Shown: positions 1 through 12,699 of the stretch, piece by piece
Layout: the number at the start of each line of letters is the position of its first letter
Position numbering within the stretch: position 1 is the first letter of the stretch
Source of the DNA: Octopus vulgaris
Lineage: Eukaryota
Direction of reading: 5' to 3'
Assembly (NCBI GenBank): GCA_951406725.2
Contig: OX597818.1
Span: forward strand, 90,830,001-90,894,000
Length of the DNA: 64,000 nucleotides
The notes under the pieces: generated by a model
Database searches by the model: none
The model's input: only the letters and a program-made list of their open reading frames with translations
Told to the model about the DNA's origin: nothing
Program-made: the position numbers and the translations under genes

Positions 1-2430
1 CGGAAAGCTCCGACTCTGTTTAGACCCCAAGAATCTAAACAAAGCCATAAAAAGGCAACATTTCAAACTCCCTACAGCGGAGGACATTTTTGCACAAATG
101 CATAACCCTAAATATTTTTCGAAACTCGATGCATCTAATGGATACTGGCAAATTCCAGTTGACGAAGAAAGCTCCCATATGTTAACGTTCAACACACCTT
201 TTGGAAGGTATCGCTTCACACGACTACCCTATGGAATTCACAGCGCCAGTGAAGTTTTCCAAAAAGAAACTGCAAATATAATAGAGGGCATATAAGGAGC
301 AAGAAATTCACAGGATGAAATTATAATCTGGTCCAGCACTTTAGAAGAACACACAAATAGACTACAACAAGTTTTCGATCGAATCCGAAAGCACGGATTA
401 AAGTTAAATAAATCAAAGTGTATCTTCTATGAATCACAAATCACGTACCTTGGGCATCTATTAACCAGCGAAGGGATAAAACAAGATCCAACCAAAGTGC
501 AAGCAATCATTCACATGCCACTGCCAACAAGTAAAAAAGAATTACAAAGATTCCTAGGTATGACAAATTACCTATGTAAATTTTTATCAAATTACTCCGA
601 AGTTACAGCACCATTACGCCAGCTTCTACAGAGTGACACGTAATGGTCATTCGACAAACCACAAATCGAAGCAATAAAAAAGCTAAAAGAAATGATTACC
701 AGAAAACCAGTGCTACAATTTTATGATCCAGATCTACCAATAAAAATAACTACGATGCTAGTAAGCATGGGCTCGGAGCGATACTTGAGCAGAAACACAA
801 CGAAAGATGGCTACCTGTTTCGTTTGCATCTCGTGCAACAACTCAAGCGGAACAAAACTACTGTCCGATAGAGAGCGAAGCTCTCAGTATAGTTTTCGCA
901 TGCAAGAAATTTCATCAGTTTATATACGGAACTCATTTCAGAATCGAAAATGACCATAAACCGTTGAAGCAAATATTCAAAAAACCGATCACTAAATGCC
1001 CCCCCCAGAATCCAAAGATTTCTACTAACATTACAAAGATACGATTTTGACCTAAACCACATACCTGGTAAAGAATCAGTTGTTGCAGATACCCTATCAC
1101 GTGCATACCTTGAGCAAAATACTCCAGAAGTATCAGACGAAGATATGAAATCGCACATACATGCAGTAATAAAAAATTATCCCATAACCGACACTAAATT
1201 AAACGAGTATAAAGAAGCCACTGCAGACGACCCGTCACTACAGACACTCATCACATATACAAGAACAGAATGGCCCCCAAAAGACAAAATACCAATAAAC
1301 ATCAAACCATTCATCTCCGTTCGTGATGAAATATCAATCGTCAATGGTCTCGTTCTAAAATGTTCAGGAATAATTGTACCTAAGTCATTACGTAGAGAAG
1401 CTCTACAGGAAATACATACCGGACACATGGGTATCGAAAAATGCATAGAGAGAGCGACGGAATGTATATACTGGCCCGGCATTAACGCTCAAATCAAAGA
1501 CATGATTAACACATGCTCATACTGCATCGACTACAAAAACCAACAACCAGCCGAACCACTAATAAATCATGAAATACCTACTACACCATGGACCAAAGTG
1601 GGTACAGACGTATTTCACCTGTCTGGAAATTCGTATGTCACAATTATTGACTATACAACAAGATTTTTTGATCTACACGAAATAAATGATTGCCAGTCAA
1701 AAACCGTAATCAAAAAATTAAAAGAAACTTTTGCTAACTTCGGAATTACGCAAACAGTTGTAAGTGACAACGGTCCAGAATTCAATTCGGCTGAATTCAA
1801 AAAATTTGCAAAAAATTGGCATTTTCATCACACGAAGACAAGCCCGCATTATCATCAAGCGAATGGCATGGTTGAGAGAAATATACAGACAATAAAAAAG
1901 ACGCTAAAAAAGGCATTCAAAAGTGGCGAAGAACCTCAGTTAGCGCTCTTAGCATTACGCACGACTAAATTACAAAATGGTGCACCATCCCCTGCAAATC
2001 AAATAATGAATAAAACATTGCGAACAAATCTCCCAAACATACTACACGACAAAATTGGTATCAGGCCTCACGAAAAGAAGAAATCAAACATTACAACAGA
2101 GCTCCCAGAGTTAAAACCACACGACACGGTTAGAATTAAGTTTAACAACAATTGGTTTAGAAGGGGCAAAATAATTAAAAAAACTAGAACAACCTCGTTC
2201 AAACTTAGTAATAACAGAGGAAGGTAATACAGTCAAACGAAATAGACAACATATTCTTAAAACAAACGAACAATTTGGCATAACAGAAGAATTAGATTAT
2301 GAAAATATATTTCCAAAGTCAACAAACATGCATGAAAAAACAAAAACAGCACAACTACAGAATTCAACACTACAAAATAATAAAACAACAAAAAGTGGAC
2401 GACGAATAATTATTCCCTGTAGATACAGAT
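1..2430 (+). mobile_element. Decayed Ty3/Gypsy LTR-retrotransposon pol (RT-RNase H-integrase), cut at the window start
   Basis: RT motifs LRLCLDPKNLN, FSKLDASNGYWQI, TFNTPFGRYRFTRLPYG. RNase H motifs DASKHGLGA and NDHKPL. Integrase ORF 1145-2227 has an HHCC-type finger (H-TG-H...CSYC) and a D,D,E core (GTDVF, SDNGPEF, MVERNIQT). In-frame TAA at 293-295 and ~641, frameshifts near 750 and 1000; the YxDD box reads SQDE. Domain order RT-RH-IN is Gypsy type. Confidence 0.93.
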
Positions 2431-2448
2431 AAAAAAAAAAAGGGAAGA

Positions 2449-2685
2449 TGTTATGTAATCATCACAACAAACATGAACAATTAACGTTGCCCATTGTCTC
2501 CCTTGATACAAGGACAATCAGTAAGTTTCCCGCCAGAACAAAGAAATACCTTGTACAACAACGCGCAGTCTAATAAAGTATCTCGTATCGTTAACACGTT
2601 TTTTTAGTCTCTCTCACTTTCTTAATCTTTCATACTAAGTACTCACTACTTCCTTTAATACTCAATATATTATATATATATAACA
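2449..2685 (+). repeat. 3' LTR of the Gypsy element, preceded by a polypurine tract
   Basis: PPT A11GGGAAGA at 2431-2448 is followed directly by TGTTAT; the matching inverted end ATAACA finishes at 2685; internal AATAAA at ~2573. Confidence 0.75.
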
Positions 2686-3759
2686 ACAACAATGGTAAGG
2701 GCTCAGCTGTGATTAAATAACGACAACGGTAACAAGGACATTATCAACGCTGTTGCTACCATTTACATTACTGGCAATACTATCATTAAAACCATCAGCC
2801 TAATTAGCTCATATCCATTCCTTTCTCGTTTCCTCAATTAATGGTGCTAATTAAATAATGAATCAGCAAATCTGGCGCGAAACAAAGCTTGGAAACGAAT
2901 GTACATCAGGAGTGACCAGTAATGCTAGTTTATTGACCAAATTAACATTGATTGCATGTCTCAGAATAACTAATGACCTGTCTAATTGCACTAATTAATT
3001 CCATGTTCGCATTGTTGTAGTAAATTAAGCTGTCGTACGTCATCTCAGAGCAGAGAAGAGAACATTATTCCATGCACTACACCTGTACACATCAGCATGT
3101 GTGTCGGTAGCCTACAAGTGTTTACAGATGATAATATCGTCCTACGTACTTCATCTCGTTCTTAAATCTGTCATGAAAAGAAATGCAATTTGGAATTGTC
3201 TTAAATGGACATAACTAAAAGGAAATTAAATACTACAAGGCACCTTAGCTTCACGCACCTATTTCATTAGTCTCTCATTCCTCACTCTCTCTCCTCTTTT
3301 TCCCTTTCTCACACACGCACATACACACGCGCGCACATCAATTCAATTTAGGTATTAAACTTGTAGTTTGCTCCATATAGCTGGTCTACTGTTATCGGTT
3401 ATCAGACATGATTTTACAGCAAAAATAGATCGAATTACTAAAAATGCATTTGGAGATCCGTGAAAATCCCTAACCTAATATATGTATATATATAATAACA
3501 ATTTAATAAGTAAAACATATGCATACATACATACATATATGTACATACCTACATGTATATGAATATATACATGCATATATGAGTACAGGACACCACAAAT
3601 AGACGTAGAACACAACGAGAAACGAAAACATAAAATCAAACAAGGAAACGGACTTTTTTTAACAACGAAAAAACAGAGTACAAGACAAACAATACAAGGA
3701 ATATTCCCCTTCATCAGCTGCCCCTGGTTCGACTTGATGCGTGTTTATACATATATACA

Positions 3760-3827
<68 letters not shown>

Positions 3828-4254
3828 TGTGTGTGTGTATGTGATAGAATCTTCCGTCGAAGACGACGTATGACAGTTCAGTTTTTGCTGAACGACTTGC
3901 ACAAATGATTTGCTTATAGTGATCAAATGCATATGCTATGTATTGGCTCATTCCCACCATCAAATCAACGATGCCTGAACAGGTGCACGGTGTACCACAC
4001 GTCAGTCGTCGAAGTGATCGGAAAGGAACGTGAGATGAAGTGTTTTGCTCAAGAATATAACGCACCACCCAGTCTAAGAATTGAAACCATATGTGTGTGT
4101 GTGTGGGGGGGTGTTTGCGTATGCATGGCATAATAGTTAGGATGTTGCGCTCACGATCACGATATCGTGGCTTCAATTCTTAGAGTGGGTGGTGAGTTTT
4201 ATTCTTGAGCAAAACACTCCATCTCATAAATACACAGTCACTCACACTCATATA

Positions 4255-4296
<42 letters not shown>

Positions 4297-5920
4297 TGAA
4301 ATGCGTTTTTACCGCTTGGATCGCTTTCAATGCCACTACGACCCGTCCGATTCGCTCCAAAATTTACAGGGACATGTAGAATGAGGTGACGATGCCAGTG
4401 GGCTACCTTAGAAATCCCTATCTAAAAAAGGTGTGGTTGCTAGGGGCCATCTTCCTCACTCACGCTATTTCCTATATTACCCTCTCACTCCCCTTCATTC
4501 CACTCCCGTTATTTAATGTAAGAACATTTTCACTCACTCTATCTCTTAGCTTCCCATAATTTTTACTCATGTATCTCTATACAGAGAAACAAATATTCCA
4601 TCGCCATCGCCACCGCATTCTATTGTCTACCTGTCAACGCGCCCATCGACCAAATACAAACAGAATACCCCAACGAGCGTTTATATACATGTGTGTGTGT
4701 GCTATATATAAATATGTATATATAATGTATATATACAAAGTGTATATATCTGTATTTATGTATATTAAACTTTTTAATACTTTTTGATAGTTACGTAAAG
4801 GGAACTGGTTGCTTCTTTACACTTTTTGGGTGCAACTTGGGTGCGAGACAGATAATTTTCTCTGTTAATTACGTGACCAACAGGGATCTAACAGGGGGAA
4901 ATTATGCCTAAACATGAGCGCAGCGCATGTGAACATCCGAAGTGCTTTGAGTCGGGAGAAGAATTGAGCTGACGCAGACGTGTTGCAAAACAAGGGAGTA
5001 CACGTGCAGAACAGAGGTGCATGAGTGCAATAGGGCTTGCTAGGCTGAAATACAGTGTACAGTATTGAATATCCCAGTGATTAATGCGGTAAGGCTGAGG
5101 CTGCAAGCCAGTGCTTGAGCTATTATATGCCTCGGTCGTGCAGGAACAAAAGTGTGGCATGCTGGCGCGTTGTAAGGGACAAACAACTTTCTCTATGTAT
5201 GCGTGACCGACCTAGGGTCTTACAGAGATGAGTTGTGTTTACAAGGGCACACTGAGCATGGAAAACAAGCGAGAAAGGCATGTGTGGCGTATGAATGTGA
5301 CAGAGATAGCATTTGTGCGTGTATTAACTATGTGTGTTCGTGTGTGCGACAGAAGTACAAACATGGTGTATGCGGGCAAAACAAAATATAGCGCATAGGA
5401 AAAGTCTCTCAGGGTATTTCAGACAAGATGGAGTTAATTTACCAGTTCGTAGTAAAGTACATAATAGCAGTTCGTTCTGTCACAGGATGTTAGGATCACA
5501 AGTGCAGATACCGGTTGAACACATGTCGTGTAGTGGTTGTGGCTTCAATGCTGTGCCAGGATACATTGGTACAGAAGATCTCGCAGGTAGTGCTGTACTG
5601 TTAACCTCGGTGAAAATCATAACAGCGTGAAAGCTAAACCTGAATGAGTGCTATGTACATATTAGTGTTGCTGGAGATGAAGGCGACGGAGATGGAGACG
5701 ACGTGAAGGTGAAGGACGACGATTGTGATGGCGACGTTGAGATGAAGGCGTCGGTGGCGTTGCTGGTGTATGTTAGCGTCGTCATTGGCTGGAGCAGGAA
5801 CATGACTGGATGGTCTGGTCGTCTGTCGCTGGAACTGGAACATGGTTGAGTAAGCTCTGTGTGGATGAAGACTGCGGCGGATTGATTGGTTCAGACTAGG
5901 TAGAAACTAGATTTTAGCTA

Positions 5921-6133
5921 AGTGTTCTATTGTCTATGACCAGAACTCGTGAAACTTGGTTGAGTGTTCTATGGTCTATGACCAGAACTCGTGAAACTTG
6001 GTTGAGTGTTCTATGGTCTATGACCAGAACTCGGGAAACTTGGTTGAGTGTTCTATGGTCTATGACCAGAGCTCGGGAAACTTGGTTGAGTGTTCTATGG
6101 TCTATGACCAGAACTCGGGAAACTTGGTTGAGT
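5921..6133. repeat. 42-bp minisatellite, ~5 copies
   Basis: Unit AGTGTTCTATGGTCTATGACCAGAACTCG(T/G)GAAACTTGGTTG repeated head to tail without spacers. Confidence 0.95.
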
Positions 6134-6823
6134 CCTCATTTTAAAAAATGTGGCCCCTGTAGACCCAAATGAAATCGGGTTATATTAACCAAAATGTGAA
6201 AAGGGGTCTAAATGGGGCTGGAAGGAGATTAAAATTTAAAGGAGCGGGTGTTTAGCAATTCTCTGTTACATCAAGCTAAAAAATTTGCGCCAGCCCTTTA
6301 ATCGTCAATGCGTTGCCGTCCATGATGAAGAAGTTTTGAATGCTTGCCATCGTGAGTCTACTGTCGTGAGAAAGAATCAATTCAAAACTTGGTTTTTAGG
6401 GATTTTCTTTTACATCAAGTTCATAATTTTACGCCAGCCGTTGAACTGTCAATACGTTGCTGTCCGTCGTTAAGAAATGCCATCCATGGTGACTCTACTA
6501 TCCTCAAATTCTATCCCTTCAAACTTTGCTTTCCAATATTTTATTATTTTTATTCAGCTCGCAAGTTCGTCTGTCCCTTTTAAATGTTAGTGTTTTGCTG
6601 TCTACCTTGAAGCAGACCTTTCCGTTGTTACTGCCTGATATTTATGATTGATCTTTCTAAATATTTTATTTCTCAACTTACTCAAGATCTTTTGTTGTTT
6701 ATAAATGGGAGAGAGATAGATAAAGATAGAGAGTAAGAGAAAGCGAGGGAGAGTCCGAGAGAAAGGAAGAGTAAGAGAGTGGCAAAGTGAGAGAGAAAGA
6801 GAGAGAGAAATAAAGAGGGAGAA

Positions 6824-7135
6824 TCATCATCATCATCATCATCTTTTAACGTCCGTTTTCTGTGCTAGCACGGGTTGGACAGTTTGACAGGGGTCTGGGA
6901 AGCCAGGAGGCTGCACCAGGCTCCAGTCTGATCTGGCAGTGTTTCTACAGGTGGATGCCCTTCCTAACGCCAACCACTCTGTGAGCGTAATGGGTGCTTT
7001 TACGTGCCGCCTGCACAGGTGCCAGGGGGGCTGTCAGCGGCCACGATCGGTTGGTGCTTTTTACGTGCCACCAGCACAGAAGCCAGTCAAGGCGGCGCTG
7101 CATTCCGCCACGTTCGGCTGGTGCTTTTTACGTGC
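6824..7135 (-). mobile_element. Retroposon 3' end with (CAT/ATG)n tail (SINE or RTE-type LINE tail)
   Basis: (CAT)n followed by tttaacgtccgtttt...gttggacagtttgacagg; the same motif occurs in the opposite orientation at ~63120-63237. Confidence 0.55.
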
Positions 7136-7202
7136 TGAAAGGAAGCAACAGAAAGTAACAACCACACTCTTACCCGCGCGTAGAGCGGGTCACCTTCAGC
7201 TA

Positions 7203-7266
<64 letters not shown>

Positions 7267-7271
<5 letters not shown>

Positions 7272-8274
7272 AATAAAATATATGCATATATATAAACATA
7301 TATGTACGTACCTACCTCTACATGTACATATACACGCATATATGTGTACAGGACACCAAAAAGACGTCGAACACATAGAGAGACGAAAAACATAGACACA
7401 AACCAAGGAACAAGACAGGCAAAAAAAGAGAGATACAGGACAATAAGCACAACGAAAAATCCCCTTCTTCAGTCGCTAAAGTTTCATCTACTAAACGTTT
7501 CGAAGGATAAAAGCGAGACGTATACTTCGAATGAAAAATTCCTTCCTGCGAAAAGCAAATCAATTAAAATTCTGAGATCTTTTCGCAGAGGGGTAAAAAA
7601 GGCAAGACGGTTACGACAGTACAAACATATAAACAGTAAAAAATATATAAAAAACAGTGGAAAAATAAATATATAACAGTGAGAGACAGGACAAGGAGAA
7701 CAAGATAAGAAGGGCTGTTAACGCCAGACGAAAAAAGTATAGCAAACGCTGGATTATAGTGGACGACGAGAGAGGAAGATGTCGACCAGTGGCCTTAGAA
7801 GGCGGGCGAGAAAGGACAGGATAGCAGTTACGACGGAAGTGTCGTCGCAGATGGACGACGGGAATGGGGGAGGAGGAGCAAGAGGAAGAGAGAGAAGAAG
7901 GGGAATGGTGCGAGGAGACCATGAAGAACAGTGAGGGGGAGAGAGAGAGGAAGAGACAAGTTAAGTGAGGGAAAAAAGACGAAAAAGGGAATGGGAGAGA
8001 AAGAAAGAAAGATGCAGAGTCGCGTGAGAGTTAATATCAAGGCGAACTTGATAAACAGAACAATCTTACTTAATAGGGTGCGTGCGTTTAGTCGTATAAT
8101 ATGTTAATAAAATATATGCATATATATAAACATATATGTACGTACCTACCTCTACATGTACATATACACGCATATATGTGTACAGGACACCAAAAAGACG
8201 TCGAACACATAGAGAGACGAAAAACATAGACACAAACCAAGGAACAAGACAGGCAAAAAAAGAGAGATACAGGA
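7267..8274. repeat. 174-bp direct repeat (7267-7440 = 8101-8274) flanking a ~660-bp unique segment; partial tandem of a TA-associated element
   Basis: The two copies read identically from ATGTTAATAAAATATATGC to AGAGATACAGGA. Related sequence occurs at ~3587-3745 and 39074-39358. Confidence 0.85.
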
Positions 8275-8293
8275 TAATATACATACAATATGT

Positions 8294-8324
<31 letters not shown>

Positions 8325-8346
8325 TATATATATATATATGTATATA

Positions 8347-8430
<84 letters not shown>

Positions 8431-8431
<1 letters not shown>

Positions 8432-8805
8432 TAGCAGTATAGCCCGGCGTTGCTCGGGTTTGTTTCGACTCTTTAGAATTGGAATTTTTGAAAAGTAAAA
8501 ATTGTGCATTATGTAGCTTGTTATTCTCTTTAAGTGAACATTTTTCTGGTTGAAATACACCGAAAAATGGCGACACAGCAGTCAAAAAATCGTAAAAAAT
8601 AGAGATTTTCATAGAAAAAGAGTACCTTTTTGGTATAAATAATTTTTGGTGTTAACATGGTCCGATTTGAATTTTATCTTCTACGGAAGGAAGAGCAAGC
8701 CTTCTTCTATCATACTCTCAGTTTTGGTCCACTTGCGCCGCCGGGTCTCGGAGGAGACAGTGTTAGTTGAAGACTACTAAATCTGCCATACACAGACAAC
8801 TTCAG

Positions 8806-8809
<4 letters not shown>
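8431..8809 (-). mobile_element. Short Helitron-type element in (TA)n
   Basis: Left end CTAGcagtatagCCCGgcgttgctCGGG is a reverse-oriented CTAG terminus plus hairpin; a near-identical terminus is at 27383. Confidence 0.7.
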
Positions 8810-8849
<40 letters not shown>

Positions 8850-8912
8850 ATGTATATATATATATATGTATATATATATATGTGTGTGTATATATATATA
8901 TATGTATATATA

Positions 8913-9358
<446 letters not shown>

Positions 9359-9512
9359 AATTAAGGACTGAACACGAAAAGTGGACAGTCAACATGCTAG
9401 ATATAGACGTCAAATCGTCATTCTCCACAAAAGATTATATTCTCAGATCAAACTCAACACAAAACCATAGCAATAAACAAGTGAAAAATATACGAAATAA
9501 AATACAATAATT

Positions 9513-9581
9513 ACCCATGTACTAACTTAGTTTCAGCTGTTATTTTCCGCAAGGAAAACTGCAGCCATCATCAGCATGGTC
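9513..9581 (-). ncRNA. Type I hammerhead ribozyme (copy 1)
   Basis: Minus strand reads ccatg-CTGATGA-t-ggctg..ttttcc ttgc ggaaaa..cagct-GAAA-ctaagttag-TA-catgg: full core, stems I-III and a GUA cleavage triplet. Confidence 0.8.
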
Positions 9582-10022
9582 CGTTATAAATGTAATTTGC
9601 TGGACTAAATGCAAACACGATACCGAAATATCGCGTGCATAGAGTTCAACCTATTACATTTGAATATATCTTTCAAATGCCTTTACTTTGGCGCGTTGGA
9701 ACCCGAGAAAACTAGCCTGCAGCTAATAATTAGCAGCAGTTAATTTATCGGTTAGAGAACATTTATTTATATAAAATTAATTAAGGGTAGAAATTGATAT
9801 TTATCAATTAAGACCAGTGGTCTAGCATATTAAAAAAGAATCCGAAGATTAAAATATTTATATATACCAATTAAGGACTGAACACGAAAAGTGGACAGTC
9901 AACATGCTAGATATAGACGTCAAATCGTCATTCTCCACAAAAGATTATGTTCTCAGATCAAACTCAACACAAAACCATAGCAATAAACAAGTGAAAAATA
10001 TACGAAATAAAATAAAATAATT

Positions 10023-10091
10023 ACCCATGTACTAACTTAGTTTCAGCTGTTATTTTCCGCAAGGAAAACTGCAGCCATCATCAGCATGGTC
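10023..10091 (-). ncRNA. Type I hammerhead ribozyme (copy 2)
   Basis: Identical to copy 1, exactly 510 nt away in the same orientation. Confidence 0.8.
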
Positions 10092-10847
10092 CGTTATAAA
10101 TGTAATTTGCTGGACTAAATGCAAACACGATACCGAAATATCGCGTGCATGGAGTTCAACCTATTACATTTGAATATATCTTTCAAATGCCTTTACTTTG
10201 GCGCGTTGGAACCCGAGAAAACTAGCCTGCAGCTAATAATTAGCAGCAGTTAATTTATCGGTTAGAGAACATTTATTTATATAAAATTAATTAAGGGTAG
10301 AAATTGATATTTATCAATTAAGACCAGTGGTCTAGCATATTAAAAAAGAATCCGAAGATTAAAATATTTATATATACCAATTAAGGACTGAACACGAAAA
10401 GTGGGTAATTATTTTATTTTATTTCGTATATTTTTCACTTGTTTATTGCTATGGTTTTGTGTTGAGTTTGATCTGAGAACATAATCTTTTGTGGAGAATG
10501 ACGATTTGACGTCTATATCTAGCATGTTGACTGTCCACTTTTCGTGTTCAGTCCTTAATTGGTATATATAAATATTTTAATCTTCGGATTCTTTTTTAAT
10601 ATGCTAGACCACTGGTCTTAATTGATAAATATCAATTTCTACCCTTAATTAATTTTATATAAATATATGTTCTCTAACCGATAAATTAACTGCTGCTAAT
10701 TATTAGCTGCAGGCTAGTTTTCTCGGGTTCCAACGCGCCAAAGTAAAGGCATTTGAAAGATATATTCAAATGTAATAGGTTGAACTCCATGCACGCGATA
10801 TTTCGGTATCGTGTTTGCATTTAGTCCAGCAAATTACATTTATAACG

Positions 10848-10916
10848 GACCATGCTGATGATGGCTGCAGTTTTCCTTGCGGAAAATAACAGCTGAAACT
10901 AAGTTAGTACATGGGT
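10848..10916 (+). ncRNA. Type I hammerhead ribozyme (copy 3, inverted arm)
   Basis: CTGATGA at 10855-10861, GAAA at 10895-10898, stem III CTAAGTTAG, predicted cut after A10909, stem I CCATG/CATGG. Confidence 0.8.
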
Positions 10917-11157
10917 AATTATTTTATTTTATTTCGTATATTTTTCACTTGTTTATTGCTATGGTTTTGTGTTGAGTTTGATCTGAGAACATAATCTTTT
11001 GTGGAGAATGACGATTTGACGTCTATATCTAGCATGTTGACTGTCCACTTTTCGTGTTCAGTCCTTAATTGGTATATATAAATATTTTAATCTTCGGATT
11101 CTTTTTTAATATGCTAGACCACTGGTCTTAATTGATAAATATCAATTTCTACACTTA

Positions 11158-11208
<51 letters not shown>

Positions 11209-11498
11209 TTGTGTGTGTTTGTGTGTGTGTGTGTGTGTGCTTAGCGCATGGTGTCAAGGGCAGTGTCAGCTGCCTAACAAAAGATGATGTTGAGAAGAAT
11301 GAATGAGATACAAGCTAACCAAAAATGCGTGTATATAGTACACATAAAAATCTAATGAACCCATTTTTTTAACAATTGAAGTTGTATTTAATCCCACCCA
11401 AAGTCATGGAAGAGTTCACTTATGTTTGTGTCAATTTGGCAATCGATTATTGGTTTACGGCGTTCTCCAAAGGTCTCTACAATATTATTTAAGTCGAT

Positions 11499-11900
11499 GG
11501 CGGCGAGCTGGCCGAAACGTTAGCACGCCGGACGAAATGCGTAGCCTTATTTCATTTGCTGTTAAGTTCTGAGTTCAAATTCCGCCGAGGTCGACTTTGC
11601 CTTTATCCTTTTGGGGTCGGTGTCTGTCCTTGTTTGTCCCCTCTATGTTTAGACCCTTGTGAGCAATAAAGAAATAAGAATCGTTAGCACGCCGAGCAAT
11701 AATATTCGCGGTATTTCTTCCGTCTTTACGTTCTGAGTTCAAATTCCGACGACTTAATCTTTCACCGACTTAGCCTCATGGATGTCAACTTTACTTTTCA
11801 TCCATTCGGGGTTGGATAAAAAACAAAAAACAAAAACAGTTGAACACATGGGTCGATGTAGTCGACTTCCTCACCCCCTTCAAAATTCTGGAAACCAATA
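11499..11900 (+). mobile_element. SINE family copy (GGCGGCGAGCTGGC...GAGTTCAAAT head); similar degenerate copies at ~49380-50570 and ~61740-62130
   Basis: Repeated ggcggcgagctggc.gaa..gttagcacgccg..cgaaatgc and GAGTTCAAATTCCGCCGAGG B-box-like motifs. Confidence 0.6.
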
Positions 11901-12699
11901 TTACACTGTTCACTCACTCTTTGAAACATCCAGTGTTTGCATACTTCTGTGGTGATCCTCACTAACATTTTATCATCTTCTATACTTCAGAGAAATCAGT
12001 CGATGCTGAAACCCCTTGTCTGTATTCTTATATGACTTTGTATTACATAATAATCCATCGTAACATGGTGTTGCTGTTGCTGTTGATATTCTAAGTTGGT
12101 TATACATAACAATGAACTTGAAGAGTATGCTGCTATTCTATTCCTACTGCATCGCTCATTTCTTATTTTTTAAAATCCTTTTTGGTTTTTGTTTTTCTCT
12201 CGCGGGATGTTGATATTTTGGTTACAATTTTTCTCGTAGTGTATGTTTAATTGTTAGCGTTTTGTTTGCTGATACAACGGATTTGACATCATTGTATAAG
12301 CCGTTGCTAATACTGTGATGATTGTGGGGATGGAAGGTAGATGGCACCTTTTCGTACCTGATGTTTTGACGGCAGTTTGTAAGAAATTTTGATCTTAATT
12401 TATTATGACTACTGTTTGCAAGGAGCCAATTACCTACATTCTATTTCTGATAAAAGTTAAGGTAAGTTAGAGAAGAGAACATGCTCTTTGATGCACATGT
12501 GTGGTTTCTGTTGCTGTTTGTGTTGTTCTTTAAGTGAGAAAATAGGCACTACCTCGTCTACTATTTAATTCATCAACACTTCTCCAATCTTTCGGCATTG
12601 ATTTAGCTGCTTGCTTGTGTACTGCCGTTGCATCTATTTTTATTGTCGGGGTGTTGGTGTTGCTACTGTTGCTGTTGCTGTTGAGCGAACAGACTTCGT

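Larger units (their letters stand above)
4292..7203 (+). mobile_element. Helitron-type non-autonomous element in a (TA)n tract, containing a minisatellite and a nested SINE/LINE tail
   Basis: 3' end has the hairpin ACCCGC-gcgtaga-GCGGGT (7172-7190) then CTAG|T at 7200-7203. The 5' end AAAACTGAAA resembles the far ends of related copies at 8431-8809 and 27383-27877. (TA)n flanks both sides. Confidence 0.6.
9357..11170. repeat. 510-bp unit array: two tandem copies plus a fragment (9357-10404), then ~1.5 inverted copies (10402-11170), embedded in (TA)n
   Basis: TTAAGGACTGAACACG recurs at 9361, 9871 and 10381 (period 510). From ~10402 the sequence is the reverse complement of the unit. Copies are nearly identical. 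Confidence 0.95.

Noticed and set aside
5921-6133. CRISPR-like appearance of the palindromic 42-bp repeats, and ORF 5930-6172
   Set aside because: Units are contiguous with no unique spacers, there are no cas genes, the context is eukaryotic, and the ORF exists only because 42 is a multiple of 3.
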